Source of the DNA: Octopus sinensis | Lineage: Eukaryota | Reading direction: 5' to 3' | Assembly: GCF_006345805.1 (NCBI RefSeq) | Contig: NC_043020.1 | Location: forward strand, 9,672,001 to 9,736,000 | Length of the DNA stretch: 64,000 nucleotides | In this document: positions 46,999 to 59,374 of the stretch, one piece after another | How positions within the stretch are numbered: position 1 is the stretch's first letter | Layout: each line of letters starts with the position of its first letter | Notes under the pieces: model-generated | What the model saw: only the letters and a program-made list of their open reading frames with translations | Databases searched by the model: none | Told to the model about the DNA's origin: nothing | Program-made: the position numbers and the translations under genes

Positions 46999-48127
46999 GC
47001 CAGTAACCCCTTTATTTTGTCTCCCTCACAATTCTTTTTATTTGTTTTTTTTTCTCTTTTTATTTTCTATAAACACGAAGAAAATATCAGTTGGAGGGGA
47101 AGGTGGGGGAAGTAGGTGTGTGTCAGGGAGGTATTAAGCGGCAAAATGAGATGTGATGGTCATGTCTGGAACTAATGATTGTCCGCCTTATTACAGTCTT
47201 ATCTGTTGTTTTCGATGAAGGTCAACACTGATTGATCGGTCCAATGATCAAAGATGGCATTTTGAGTTATGATCATCTTACCTTTTTTTTGTTGTTATCA
47301 GATACATATCTTGAAGACTATACTATTCAATATATACCTCCTATCTTGTAGGATGACACGGTATACTTGCTATTTGTTGCAAGTCAACTGACCAAATTAA
47401 TGCTTCCTCAAAGACATTTTGACTTTTGTCTGTTTCCCAATATTAATTTCTAGCTCAGGCACAATGTCACACCTTTTTTTGTGGGAGGTTACAGATCATC
47501 ATCATCATCATCGTTTAACGTCCGTTCTCCATGCTAGCATGGGTTGGACGGTTCGACCAGGGATCTGGGAAGCCAGAAGGCTGCACCAGGCTCTGGTCTT
47601 ATCTGGCAACGTTTCTACAGCTGGATGCCCTTCCTAACGCCAACAGATGATTAAATCAACTCAAGAGTTTGACTGGTGCTTTATTTTATTAACTGAAGAA
47701 GGATGAAAGGCTAAGTTGACCTCATCAGGATTTGAACTCATAACATAGAAGGCTGTAACCAAAAACTACAAATCATTTTGTCTAATAATTCTGCTACCAC
47801 CTTGACTGGCTTCCGTGCCGGTGGCACGTAAAAAGCACCAATCCGATCATGGCCGTTGCCAGCCTCGCCTGGCACCTGTGCTGGCAGCACGTAAAATGCA
47901 CCCACTACACTCATGGAGTGGTTGGCATTAGGAAGGGCATCCAGCTGTAGAAACACTGCCAGATCAGACTGGAGCCTGGTGCAGCCTCCTGGCTTCCCAG
48001 ATCCCCGGTCGAACCGTCCAACCCATGCTAGCATGGAGAACGAACGTTAAACGATGATGATGACACTGCCCTTGTCTGTTTTTTCAAAATTGCATTCTAA
48101 TGTTGGTTTGTTCTCTCTCCACTTCAG

Positions 48128-48323
48128 ATCTATGACTATCTGGATAAATATGTTGTTGGCCAGGAATATGCCAAGAAGGTCCTTTCTGTTGCTGTCTACA
48201 ACCATTACAAACGGATCTACAACAACCAACCTCCACCGTCTCCCTCGACAGCTAAAAGTAACCAGGAAGTAGCATCCACGGTGGAGAATTCTCGGCAGTT
48301 TCCTAATACATTCACCCCAAGAG
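48128..48323 (+). CDS. CLPX: CLPX coding exon 4
   Basis: [33 protein letters not shown]...TPR; AG|GTAAAA donor. Confidence 0.96.
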
Positions 48324-49163
48324 GTAAAAACTGACTAAAATTATGCACTTATCTCTCTCTCTGTTTCTACTTCTCTCTCTCTGTCTGTCTCTCTTTCTTG
48401 AGTCCTGGATTAACTTCGTGGTTAAGAAGTTGACTTCCCAATCATGTGATTTCAGGTTCAATCCCACTGTATGGCATCTTGGGCAAGTGCCTGCTGTTAT
48501 AGACTTAGGCTGATCAACCAATTGAAAGTGAATTTGGTAAAGTGAACTATACCAAGCGCATACACACACACACACACACATATCAATATTTGATATTTAA
48601 ACCGGCCATATCCGGCCAAAATAGTTAATCTGTTTTATGTTCAAACTGACCAGATCCAGGTTCTCACACCTACCCTACAATGTTATTCTACATTAAGTAA
48701 TTACACCATCAAGATCTTGAAGATATGAGATAATGCATAATTAATTCAAATCAATGGGAATCAATAGGCATTATGTTTGATTGAATAATCTGAACACTAA
48801 AGGGTTAAGCATTCATAATTCAAATGATGTTAGATATGTTGATATATTTGTATAAAGAAGAGTGGTGTGTGAATTGCTTAAGGTGGTGGTGGCCGCCGCT
48901 ACTGCAGCAGCACATACAGCTGGCTTCTGTGTTTTCTATTTTCTCTGTGATTCTTTCCTTCTCTTGCCTTTATGCAAATGTGCGGGACACACAGACACAC
49001 ACGACTTGAGATTTGCCTATTGTCCTTCTCCCTTTCTTACTTCCTTCTTAATCCTTCTCATTCCTCGCTTCCTCTCCTTTCCGTTACCGAGAATAGAACT
49101 CGGCTATTCATGTGTTTGCCTTCTTCCCTTTTTTTTTATTTATTTTATTTTTTATTTTAGTAG

Positions 49164-49370
49164 ATTTATTACAAATTGCTGTCACTGGTAGCGCTTTGGG
49201 CCCAAGTCTACAACAGCAACAACAGCAGCAGCAACAACAACAACAACAGCAACAGACCCAACAGCAGCAAACTCGTGAGGGTTCACATGGCTCTGGTGTC
49301 CTTGAATCAAACTCCTACGATTTCAAGTTAGAGAAAAGTAACATACTTATGTTTGGTCCCACGGGTTCAG
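49164..49370 (+). CDS. CLPX: CLPX coding exon 5 (polyQ, start of Walker A); alternative start 49161
   Basis: DLLQIA...Q-tract...KLEKSNILMFGPTGS; TAGTAG acceptor, GTAAGA donor. Confidence 0.95.
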
Positions 49371-49410
49371 GTAAGAAATTTCTCGAGTTTTGAAACCAGT
49401 GGAACCTTAA

Positions 49411-49631
49411 CCCTTTAGTGTTTGCATTATTCTGCCAAAATTAATCCTTTTTTATCCACATTGTTTTGAACTAATCATGCCTTATCTTGTAGCTTTGAGA
49501 TTTTGATGAGGTAGCTGTTAATTTTTAAAACAATATTGTAGGGCTGGTGTGAGAGACCAGATCTGTCCAGTTTGAACATAAAACAGGCAGAATACTTTTG
49601 GTCGGATATGGCCAGTTTAAATGCTAAAGGG
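49411..49631. mobile_element. piggyBac-like TTAA MITE
   Basis: TTAA|CCCTTT...AAAGGG|TTAA. Related elements at 46503-46810, 57392-57611, 63108-63565 (internal ~140-bp unit repeated 3x) and a 3' part at ~48590-48808. Confidence 0.82.
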
Positions 49632-50402
49632 TTAATAGCATCAAACTGTTATATTTATTGTATAATGAAAGCTAAATGATAATCTACCTGGATTAATGAA
49701 GCTGCAGATCTTCTTACAGATAGGGACTAATGGTTAAGAAGATTAGTCAGTGTTGAGTGTACAGTGTTATTGACATTGTAGACTGGAAGCACTCCGTCGG
49801 TTACAACGATGAGGGTTCCGGTTGATCCGAATCAACAGAACAGCCTGCTCGTGAAATTAACGTGTAAGTGGCTGAGCACTCCACAGACATGTGTACCCTT
49901 AACGTAGTTCTCGGGGATATTCAACGTGACACAGAGAGTGACAAGGCCGGCCCTTTGAAATACAGGTACAACAGAAACAGGAAGTAAGAGTGAGAGAAAG
50001 TTGTGGTGAAAGAGTACAGCAGGGATCACCACCATCCCCTGCCGGAGCCTCGTGGAGCTTTTAGGTGTTTTCGCTCAATAAACACTCACAACGCCTGGTC
50101 TGGGAATCGAAACCGCGATCCTATGACCGCGAGTCCGCTGCCCTAACCACTGGGCCATTGCGCCTCCGACATTGTAGACTATTCCTTGAGGGAATGGAAA
50201 CTGGAATAAAGAAGAATAAAAACTTATATTACTGGTGTGGTTAATGATTGTACAGGACTGTAGTGTATTGTAGAGTGGCAGTGACTGATGACTAGTGTAT
50301 GATTAATGAATGGTGGTTAGTGCTGTAATATTTTGGAGGTTAATGACTGTACTGGAGTGTATGTTAGTTATTGTACTGTAGTTTGTGGTAGTTAGCTGTT
50401 TT

Positions 50403-51724
50403 CAGGGCTGTGGATTCAAAACAAAAAACTTTGACTCTGACTCCTGTACCATTGGTACCTCCGACTCCTGTACTATTGGTACCTCCGACTCCTGTACTAT
50501 TGGTACCTCTGACTCCTGTACCATTGGTACCTCTGACTCCTGTACTATTGGTACCTCCGACTCCTGTACTATTGGTACCTCTGACTCCTGTACTATTGGT
50601 ACCTCTGACTCCTGTACTATTGGTACCTCTGACTCCTGTACTATTGGTACCTCCGACTCCTGTACTATTGGTACCTTTTACTCCTGTACTATTGATACCT
50701 CCGACTCCTGTACTATTGGTACCTCCGACTCCTGTACTATTGGTACCTCTGACTCCTGTACTATTGGTACCTCTGACTCCTGTACTATTGGTACCTCCGA
50801 CTCCTCTTTATGTAATTAAGTGATTGTGGTCTACCTATCTCATAAAGCATACGCTTGTACTTTGAGTGGGCCTACATGTTATAACTGGTTTATATTAAAG
50901 AATAAAGATATTGTGGTTGTATACTGTCAACTTAACGTGATAGTCCTGTAAGGGAATTACACCACCGCTGTTTAGCCCTAGGAAGCATCGACGCTTCTTT
51001 TCGGCCTTGACACATTTCCTGTGTCCTTATATATTTACGAAGGGGAGACAAACACCCCCAACAGCTAGGCCTGCATCTAGATACATGCATGTTTCAGGGT
51101 CTTGCCCATCATCAGTCTAGAGTAGCAGAGGCCTGCTAGCTGAAGATATATGTCTAGACTTCGTAAATACATATATATATTTTCAGTGAAGTTTATTCAC
51201 TGATCACCAAAATCAGAAATATTTCTGAAGGAACGAAGCACTCCGTCGGTTACGACGATGAGGGTTCCGGTTGATCCGAATCAATGGAACAGCCTGCTCG
51301 TGAAATTAACGTGTAAGTGGCTGAGCACTCCACAGACACGTGCACCCTTAACGTAGTTCTCGGGGATATTCAGCGTGACACAGAGAGTGACAAGGCCGGC
51401 CCTTTGAAATACAGGTACAACAGAAACAGGAAGTAAGAGTGAGAGAAAGTTGTGGTGAAAGAGTACAGCAGGGATCACCACCATCCCCTGCCGGAGCCTC
51501 GTGGAGCTTTTAGGTGTTTTTGCTCAATAAACACTCACAACGCCCGGTCTGGGAATCGAAACCGCGATCTTATGACTGCGAGTCTGCTGCCCTAACCACT
51601 GGGCCATTGCGCCTCCACATTTCTGAATAAAGATATTGTGAGTCGGAATCAGAGTCGGTATAGTTTTTCCGACTCCGACTCCAGCTATCCCTTAATTGTT
51701 TCCGACTCCGACTCCACAGCCCTG
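50403..51724. mobile_element. hAT-like element with TIR CAGGGCTGTGGA, carrying a 24-bp minisatellite and a nested SINE
   Basis: CAGGGCTGTGGA at 50403, TCCACAGCCCTG ending at 51724, subterminal CCGACTCC repeats; TSD not clear. Confidence 0.6.
50437..50806. repeat. 24-bp minisatellite GACTCCTGTACTATTGGTACCTC(C/T), ~15 copies
   Basis: Directly visible; gives the spurious (SDSCTIGT)n ORF. Confidence 0.95.
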
Positions 51725-51992
51725 GCTACTGTACCATTGTTTTGATAGTTAGTGCTTGTACTCTAGCTTATGATTGTCAGTGACTGTACTCTGGTACATT
51801 ATGGTTAGCAACTGTACTCTAGTGTATGGTGGTTAGTGACCGTACTGTTGTCCAGTACTTTTATTTACCTGTTCATTTTGCCCATGCAGTAATTCTTCTA
51901 CAGCGAAATATTGTCCATACAGTACCCAGTGTTCTGGGGGTACTAAAACTTTCATGTCAACCTTTAACCCTATGCACTTTTGTATTCCACAG

Positions 51993-52157
51993 GTAAAACA
52001 TTGCTGGCTCAGACAATTGCCAAGTGTTTGGATGTTCCATTTGCTATCTGTGATTGCACCACGCTTACTCAAGCAGGATATGTTGGTGAAGATATTGAAT
52101 CTGTGGTTGCCAAACTTCTCCAAGACAGCAGCTATAATGTAGAGAAAACTCAGCAGG
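51993..52157 (+). CDS. CLPX: CLPX coding exon 6
   Basis: [45 protein letters not shown]...QQ. Confidence 0.97.
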
Positions 52158-52272
52158 GTACCTATTATTATTATTATTATTGTCATTTTTGGGGGTCAAC
52201 AAAATCAACTATCCCCACTCTAAAACATTTATGAACCTCTGCCTATGTAAGAAATCATCATCATCATCATCA

Positions 52273-52316
<44 letters not shown>

Positions 52317-52677
52317 CCGAGCGTAGCCGTTCGCCAGCCTCGTCTGGCACCTGTGTCAGTGGCACATAAAATCACCCACTACACTCTCGGAGTGGTTGGC
52401 GTTAGGAAGGGCATCCAGCTGTAGAAACACTGCCAGATCTGACTGGCCTGGTGCAGCCTTCGGGCTCCCCAGAGCCCAGTTGAACCGTCCAACCCATGCT
52501 AGCATGGAAAGCGGACGTTAAACGATGATGATTTATCTCTTTTTTTTTCCCCCAATTTATTTTCTTCTCATGTATCTATATTATCTTTTTGTTTTTTACT
52601 GGTTTCAGTCTTTGGGGCCCCCACCTTGAACAATCTCCACCCCTGTTAAAGTAAGCTTTATCCCTCTTTATTTCCAG

Positions 52678-52766
52678 GAATCATATTTCTTGATGAAGTA
52701 GATAAAATTGGTAGTGTCCCAGGCATCCATCAACTGAGAGATGTTGGAGGAGAGGGAGTTCAGCAG
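52678..52766 (+). CDS. CLPX: CLPX coding exon 7 (Walker B)
   Basis: [30 protein letters not shown]. Confidence 0.97.
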
Positions 52767-54722
52767 GTAAGATTTGGGGTGCTGTTTCTTCTAGGGTTCT
52801 CGTCAGTTCGTTTGAGCTATCATGCGTATTATGGTGTTAAGGCATAAAATAGCAATGGCTTACCAACCACATGGTTCCGGGTTCAGTCCCACTGCATGGC
52901 ACCTTGGGCAAGTGTCTTCTGCTATAGCCTCGGGCCGACCAAGCCTTGTGAGTGGGTTTGGTAGATGGAAACTGAAAGAAGCTTGTCATATATATGGCGC
53001 AGGAGTGGCTATGTGGTAAGTAGCTTGCTAACCAACCACATGGCTCCGGGTTCAGTCCCACTGCATGGCACCTTGGGCAAGTGTCTTCTGCTATAGCCTC
53101 GGGCCGACCAAAGCCTTGTGAGTGGGTTTGGTAGATGGAAACTGAAAGAAGCTTGTCATATATATGGCGCAGGAGTGGCTATGTGGTAAGTAGCTTGCTA
53201 ACCAACCACATGGCTCCGGGTTCAGTCCCACTGCATGGCACCTTGGGCAAGTGTCTTCTACTATAGCCTCGGGCCGACCAAAGCCTTGTGAGTGGGTTTG
53301 GTAGACGGAAACTGAAAGAATCCCGTCGTATATATGTATGTATATATATGTGTGTGTGTTTGTGTGTCTGTGTTTGTCCCCCCCAACATCGCTTGACAAC
53401 CGATGCTGGTGTGTTTATGTCCTCCGTAACTTAGCGGTTCGGCAAAAGAGACTGATAGAATAAGTACTAGGCTTACAAAGAATAAGTCCTGGGGTCGATT
53501 TCCTCGACTAAAGGCGGTGCTCCAGTATAGCAAAGTTGACCTCGGCGGAATTTGAACTCACAACGTAACGGCAGACGAAATACGACTACGCATTCCGCCC
53601 GGCGTGGTAACGCTTCTGCCATTTACTATAATCACATGATGATGCAAAATGGAGGGACCCCACCACACCCATGACAAGCTTGTTTCAGTTTCCATAGATA
53701 GTGAAGATTGGTGCAACCTTCTGTCTAGCCAGCTCCTGTCAAACTGTCCAACCCATGCCAGCATGGAAAAACAGACGTTAAATGATGATGATGATGATAT
53801 ATATGAAGGGCGGTGAGTGAGCTGGCAAGATCGTTAGGACGCCGGGCGAAGGCAGAAACAACTTTCTCTCACACTTTTCTCCTGCATCTTGCAGCTCACC
53901 TGCGACGGACCGGCGTCCCGTCCAGGTGGGGGAACCTATACGCCAAGGAAACCGGGATACCGGCCCTTATGAGTCAGGCATGGCTCGAGAAGGAACAAAC
54001 AACATATTACAGAAGGAAACCGGTCCGTCGCAGGTGAGCTGCAAGATGCAGGAGGAAAGTGTGAGAGAAAGTTGTTTCTGCCTTCGCCCGGCGTCCTAAC
54101 GATCTTGCCAGCTCACTGCCCTTCATATATATCATCATCATCATCATTTAACGTCTGTTTTTCCATGCTGGCATGGGTTGGACAGTTTGACAGGAGCTGG
54201 CTAGACAGAAGATTGCACCAATCTGGGCGAAATGCTGGGCGAAATGCTTAGCGGTATTTCGTCTGCGTTACGTTAGGAGTTCAAATTCCGCCGAGGTCGA
54301 CTTTGCCTTTTCCATCTTTCGGGGTCGATAAATTAAGTACCAGTTACGAACTGGGGTCGATGTAATCGACTTAATACCTATGTCTGTCCTTGTTTGTTCC
54401 CTCTGTGTTTAGCCCCTTGTGGGTAATAAAGAAATAGGTATTTCGTCTGCCGTTACGTTCTGAGTTCGAATTCCGCCGAGGTCGACTTTGCCTTTCATCC
54501 TTTCAGGGTCGATTAAATGAGTACCAGTTACACACTGGGGTCGATATAATCGACTTAATCTGTTTGTCTGTCCTTGTTTGTCGCCTCTGTGTTTAGCCCC
54601 TTGTGTGTAGTAAAGAAATAGATGATGATATATATGTAACCTGAGGCAAACCATTGAATGACCAGTGTACATGCATTTTGATCTTAAATATTTTGACCTT
54701 AAAACCTGTTCTTTTTCTTCAG

Positions 54723-54887
54723 GGTATGTTGAAAATGCTGGAAGGAACTATCGTCAATGTTCCTGAAAGAAACTCTCGGAAGCTCCGTGGAGAAACCATC
54801 CAAGTGGACACAACCAATATTCTGTTCATTGCTTCTGGTGCTTTTAATGGCCTTGATAGAATTGTCAACAGGAGGAAAAATGAAAAG
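54723..54887 (+). CDS. CLPX: CLPX coding exon 8
   Basis: [55 protein letters not shown]. Confidence 0.97.
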
Positions 54888-55715
54888 GTACAGTCTGGCT
54901 GGAACTTATTGTATATTCTGATGAACATATTTTTTTTTTCTCCAATTGGCCCCGATCCAGCAAATCTTTTTTCATAGAACCATCCTACCTAGTGTGTCTT
55001 GGACTACACTATCCATTATAGCTTTGTATTTTTAAGATGTAAGTTGTAATGCAGGTGTGTAGTGAGTGGAATTTGGCTGCTATTTCTAGCAAATTATATA
55101 TATATATATATATTAATCAATATAGGGTAGCAAAAAATTCAATAGAAATTTTTTCGCCACCAGCGGTCTAGTGAGAAAGAGAAAATAGTCAGAGACTATA
55201 TATATAAATTCAACAACACTTGAGGAACGGCTTCGATAGGCCATTCAACCCACTAGAAAGAGCAGCCAGGACTCAAACCGCCAAGTAGTAGTAATTCAGA
55301 AATTAAAGGAAAATTAAAAAATTAAAAAAAAGGAAAATTAAAAAACATTTACCCTATTCATCAATGTTTTTTAATTTTCCTTTAATTTCTGAATTACTAC
55401 TACTTGGCGGTTTGAGTCCTGGCTGCTCTTTCTTGTAGGTTGAATGGCCTATCGAAGCTGTTCCTCAATTGTTGTTGAATATATATATATATATATAATA
55501 TATAAGAGAGAAAAATATCATATAATGGTATTGAAAGATTACAAATTGCATACTTTATGACTCAATCTATTTATATATGTATACACACACATGTATGCAT
55601 GCACACATACACACACACACAATCCCACTTTGTAGATGACATTGTGAAAAGATCACTGAATTCAGTTATTGACTTATTGATCTGTGTTTTATTTATTTCA
55701 ACTTTGACCTTTCAG

Positions 55716-56012
55716 TATTTGGGTTTTGGAGCTCATTCTGTGAGTCAGGGTCGACGCGCAGCCACTGCCTCCGACATGAAGAATCAAAGCGAGAGCAACA
55801 ACACTGCTGCAGACAACGAGGAACGCGATGCATTAATCCGTCAGTCAGAAGCACGGGATCTGATTGAGTTTGGTATGATCCCAGAATTTGTGGGTCGTTT
55901 CCCCGTTGTCGTACCATTCCACAGTCTCAACGAGGATATGCTGGTACAAATCCTGACAGGTCCACGTAATGCCCTCATTCCGCAGTACATGGCTCTCTTC
56001 AGAATGGACAAT
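55716..56012 (+). CDS. CLPX: CLPX coding exon 9
   Basis: YLGFG...[26 protein letters not shown]...LFRMDN; GTAAGT donor. Confidence 0.97.
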
Positions 56013-56521
56013 GTAAGTGGAAGTTTTTCTGGCTATTATTACTTCTAGTCTTATCTCTAATATGTTGTTCGTTCCTTCTCGAGCCATGCCTGACCCATAA
56101 GGGGCCGGTATCCCGGTTTCCTTGGCGTATAGGTTCCCCACCTGGACGGGACGCCGGTCCGTCGCAGGTGAGCTGCAAGATGCAGGAGGAAATAGTGAGA
56201 GAAAGTTGTGGCGAAAGGGTCAGCAGAAGTTCATCATTACCTTCTGCCGGAGCTGCGCGGAGCTTAGGTGTTTCGCTCATAAACACACACATCGCCCGGT
56301 CTGAGATTCGAACCCGCGATCCCTCGACCGCGAGTCCGAAGCTCTAACCACTAGGCCATGTGCCTCCACACGTAATATGTTGTACATATATGTAACAGTA
56401 AGAAACTTTTTAATTTCTTGCGACAGACAGAAATTCATCATATTGATGTCATCAATACATTTGGTCATTTATTCATGACCCACTAAAGTTTTCCCACAAA
56501 TACCTGGCACACAACACATAT

Positions 56522-56812
56522 TCATCCGTCCATCCGTCCGTCCATCCATCCATCCACCCGCCCATCCATCCATCCGTCCGTCCATCCACTCACCCGCCCA
56601 TCCATCCGTCTGTCCGTCCATCCATCCATCCACCCACCCATCCATCCACCCACCTACCTGCCCATTCATCCACTCACCCACCCATATATCCATCCATCTG
56701 TCTGTCCATCCACCCACCTGCCCATCCATCCATCCACCCACCCGCCCATCCATCCATCCACCCACCTGCCCATCCATCCATCCACCCGCCCATCCGTCTC
56801 CATCCATCCATC
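56522..56812. repeat. (CCAT)n/(CCAC)n compound microsatellite
   Basis: Directly visible. Other microsatellites: (TA)n at 20835-20935 and 28410-28485; (AG)n at 25195-25265; (ATGT)n at 29607-29640 and 29995-30075. Confidence 0.95.
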
Positions 56813-57249
56813 TTTAATGTCTCCTCTGTGTTGCATACTATGACTGGCTGTAGCTGGAAAAGGCAAAACACTTGGTGAAAAATTCTGTAAATCCATAATA
56901 GGATGAGGGCATGTGTGGTGGGCGGTAACTCTTTGAACGCCTGCTGCAAGAGGCACCCATTATGGCCACATCAGTGCAAAAGAACACGGCCCCTAGAAGG
57001 ACCGCAAAGCCACACTCAGGCTGACATTGTTCGAAATTTCAAAATTCTTTTGTAACCATTATGTATGTGTCTGTATGTGTGTATTTTTCCCCTTTTTTCT
57101 GTTTGCCCACCCTGCATGTGTGTATCATATTATCTGTGTGTCTCTCATACTCATTTTTTTCTGTATTTTCTGTTTACATCTTCGTCTCTCCCTTCCTTAA
57201 CTGACCTTCCCTCCTAAGTCCCATACTGTCATTGTACTTTTTACTTCAG

Positions 57250-57342
57250 GTTGATCTTATAGTTGAAGATAATGCCCTGAGAGCCATAGCGCAGCAGGCT
57301 TTAGAAAAGAAGACCGGCGCCAGAGGGTTGAGAGCTATTATG
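57250..57342 (+). CDS. CLPX: CLPX coding exon 10 (sensor II)
   Basis: [31 protein letters not shown]. Confidence 0.97.
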
Positions 57343-58047
57343 GTAAGTAACGTTGCCTTCGTTAATAACAAAGCATTAATCTACTAATTAACCCTTTCGT
57401 TACCATATTTATTTTGAGATGCTCTGTGTTTCTTTCAATTACTTTAAATATAACAAAGAATTTAGTAAAATAACTTGGTTATCATTAAGCTAGTGTTAGG
57501 AACATAAATTGTGACTAAGGTTTGGTGGAAGATTTTAATTCAAAATTTATGAAAACAAGACATTTGTACTCAGAACCAGAGCCGGTTTCAGCCGGGTTGG
57601 TAACGAAAGGGTTAATCAATAAATTGACCCAATATAGTTTTATCTTGGGCCTGGCAGTGAGGAGCCACTTGTGACTTAGTATGGCCAAGTTTATAGATTA
57701 CTAAGCTATCAGCCAAGAGGTTGGATGTTCATATCCTGTTACCAGCTTTGTGTGATGTCTGTGGCTAAGGCACTTAATTCTCAAGTGGTGGTGCAGTCTT
57801 TCTGGCTGTAAACAGGCACCACATATCCTAGTAACAATAGACTTCTATTGCCAACAGACCACTGTCCTTGTTGTTTCTTTGTTACTAAGAATCAACGACG
57901 ACAAAGCTTGTTTCTTTGTTACTAAACCCTGATGCAGCCCTTCCACTCATCAGATCCCTGTCAAACTTTGCAACCTATCTCAGCATGGAACATGGATGTT
58001 AAATGATGATGATGATGGTGATGGTGATATATATATATATATAAATA

Positions 58048-58446
58048 CTAGCAGTATCGCCCGGCGTTGCTCGGGTTTGTAAGGGAAATAACTGTATAAG
58101 CATTTTTAGAGATGTAAAGTATAATAGCCATCTCAATATGGCTAACCACAAAGGGGGGGGGTGTTACTGTAGGTTTTTACGTTCTGAGATTTAATAATAC
58201 ATTTTTAGAGAGTTACTTCCCTTATATAATAGCAAAAAAAATGCATTAAAAATGGGAAAAAATGATGGTAAATTTTTTTTTAAATCGTAGACTCATCATA
58301 GACACACGCTAATACCCAGAAGGGCTCGATATGAATCACGACTATAAGATACCCGGTTTTGGTTAAACTGCACCGCAAAATGTGGGAGTAGTTAGGAATC
58401 TAAATCGTAGGAGACAGACACACAACTTCATTTTTATATATAAAGA
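58048..58446 (-). mobile_element. non-autonomous Helitron, same family
   Basis: Same termini, AT target. Confidence 0.85.
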
Positions 58447-59374
58447 TATCTTGCATTGTATTGTGCCCGTGCTAGTAGGGTGCAAAGAGCACCATCCGAG
58501 CGTGATCATTGCCAGAGCGGCTAACTGGCTTCCGTGCCGGTGGCACGTAAAAGGACACCATTCAAGCGTGATCGTTACCAGCGTCGCCTTACTGGCACCT
58601 GTGCTGGTGGCATGTGTAAAAAGATTCGAGCAAGGTCGTTGCCAGTACCGCCTGACTGGTCCTCATGCTGGTGGCACGTAAAAAGCACCCACTACACTCT
58701 CGGAGTGGTTGGCGTTTGGAAGGGCATCAGCTGTAGAAACTCTGCCAGATCAAGATTGGAGTCTAGTGCAGCCATCTGGTTTGCCAGACTGGGCCTGATG
58801 CAGCCTTCTGGCTTCACAGACCCCAGTTGAACCATCCAACCCATGCTAGCATGGAAAGCGGACGCTAAATGGTGATGATGATGATATATATATATTACAA
58901 GGCGGCAAGCTGGCAGAAACGTTAGCACGCTGGGCGAAATGCGTAGCCGTATTTCGCCAGTCGTTACTTTGTGAGTTCAAATTCCGCCGAGGTCGACTTT
59001 GCCTTTCATCCTTTCGGGGTCGATAAATAAAGTACCAATTGCGCACTGGGGTTGATGCAATCGACTTAATCCCTTTGTCTGTCCTTGTTTGTCCCCTCTA
59101 TGTTTAGCCCCTTGTGGGTAATAAAGAAATAGGTATTTCGTCTGCCGTTACGTTCTGAGTTCAAATTCCGCTGAGGTCGACTTTGCCTTTCATCCTTTCG
59201 GGGTCGATAAATAAAGTACCAATTGCGCACTGGGGTCGATGTAATCGTCTTAATCCCTTTGTCTGTCCTTGTTTGTCCCCTCTATGTTTAGCCCCTTGTG
59301 GGCAATAAAGAAATAGGTATATATATATATTACATTATGATAATAATTATTATTATTTCCAATGTTGTTTGCAG

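Noticed and set aside
50385-50823. ORFs (SDSCTIGT)n and (TPVLLVP)n; possible CRISPR-like array
   Set aside because: A pure 24-bp minisatellite with no unique spacers, no splice context and no cas genes; it lies in a CLPX intron.
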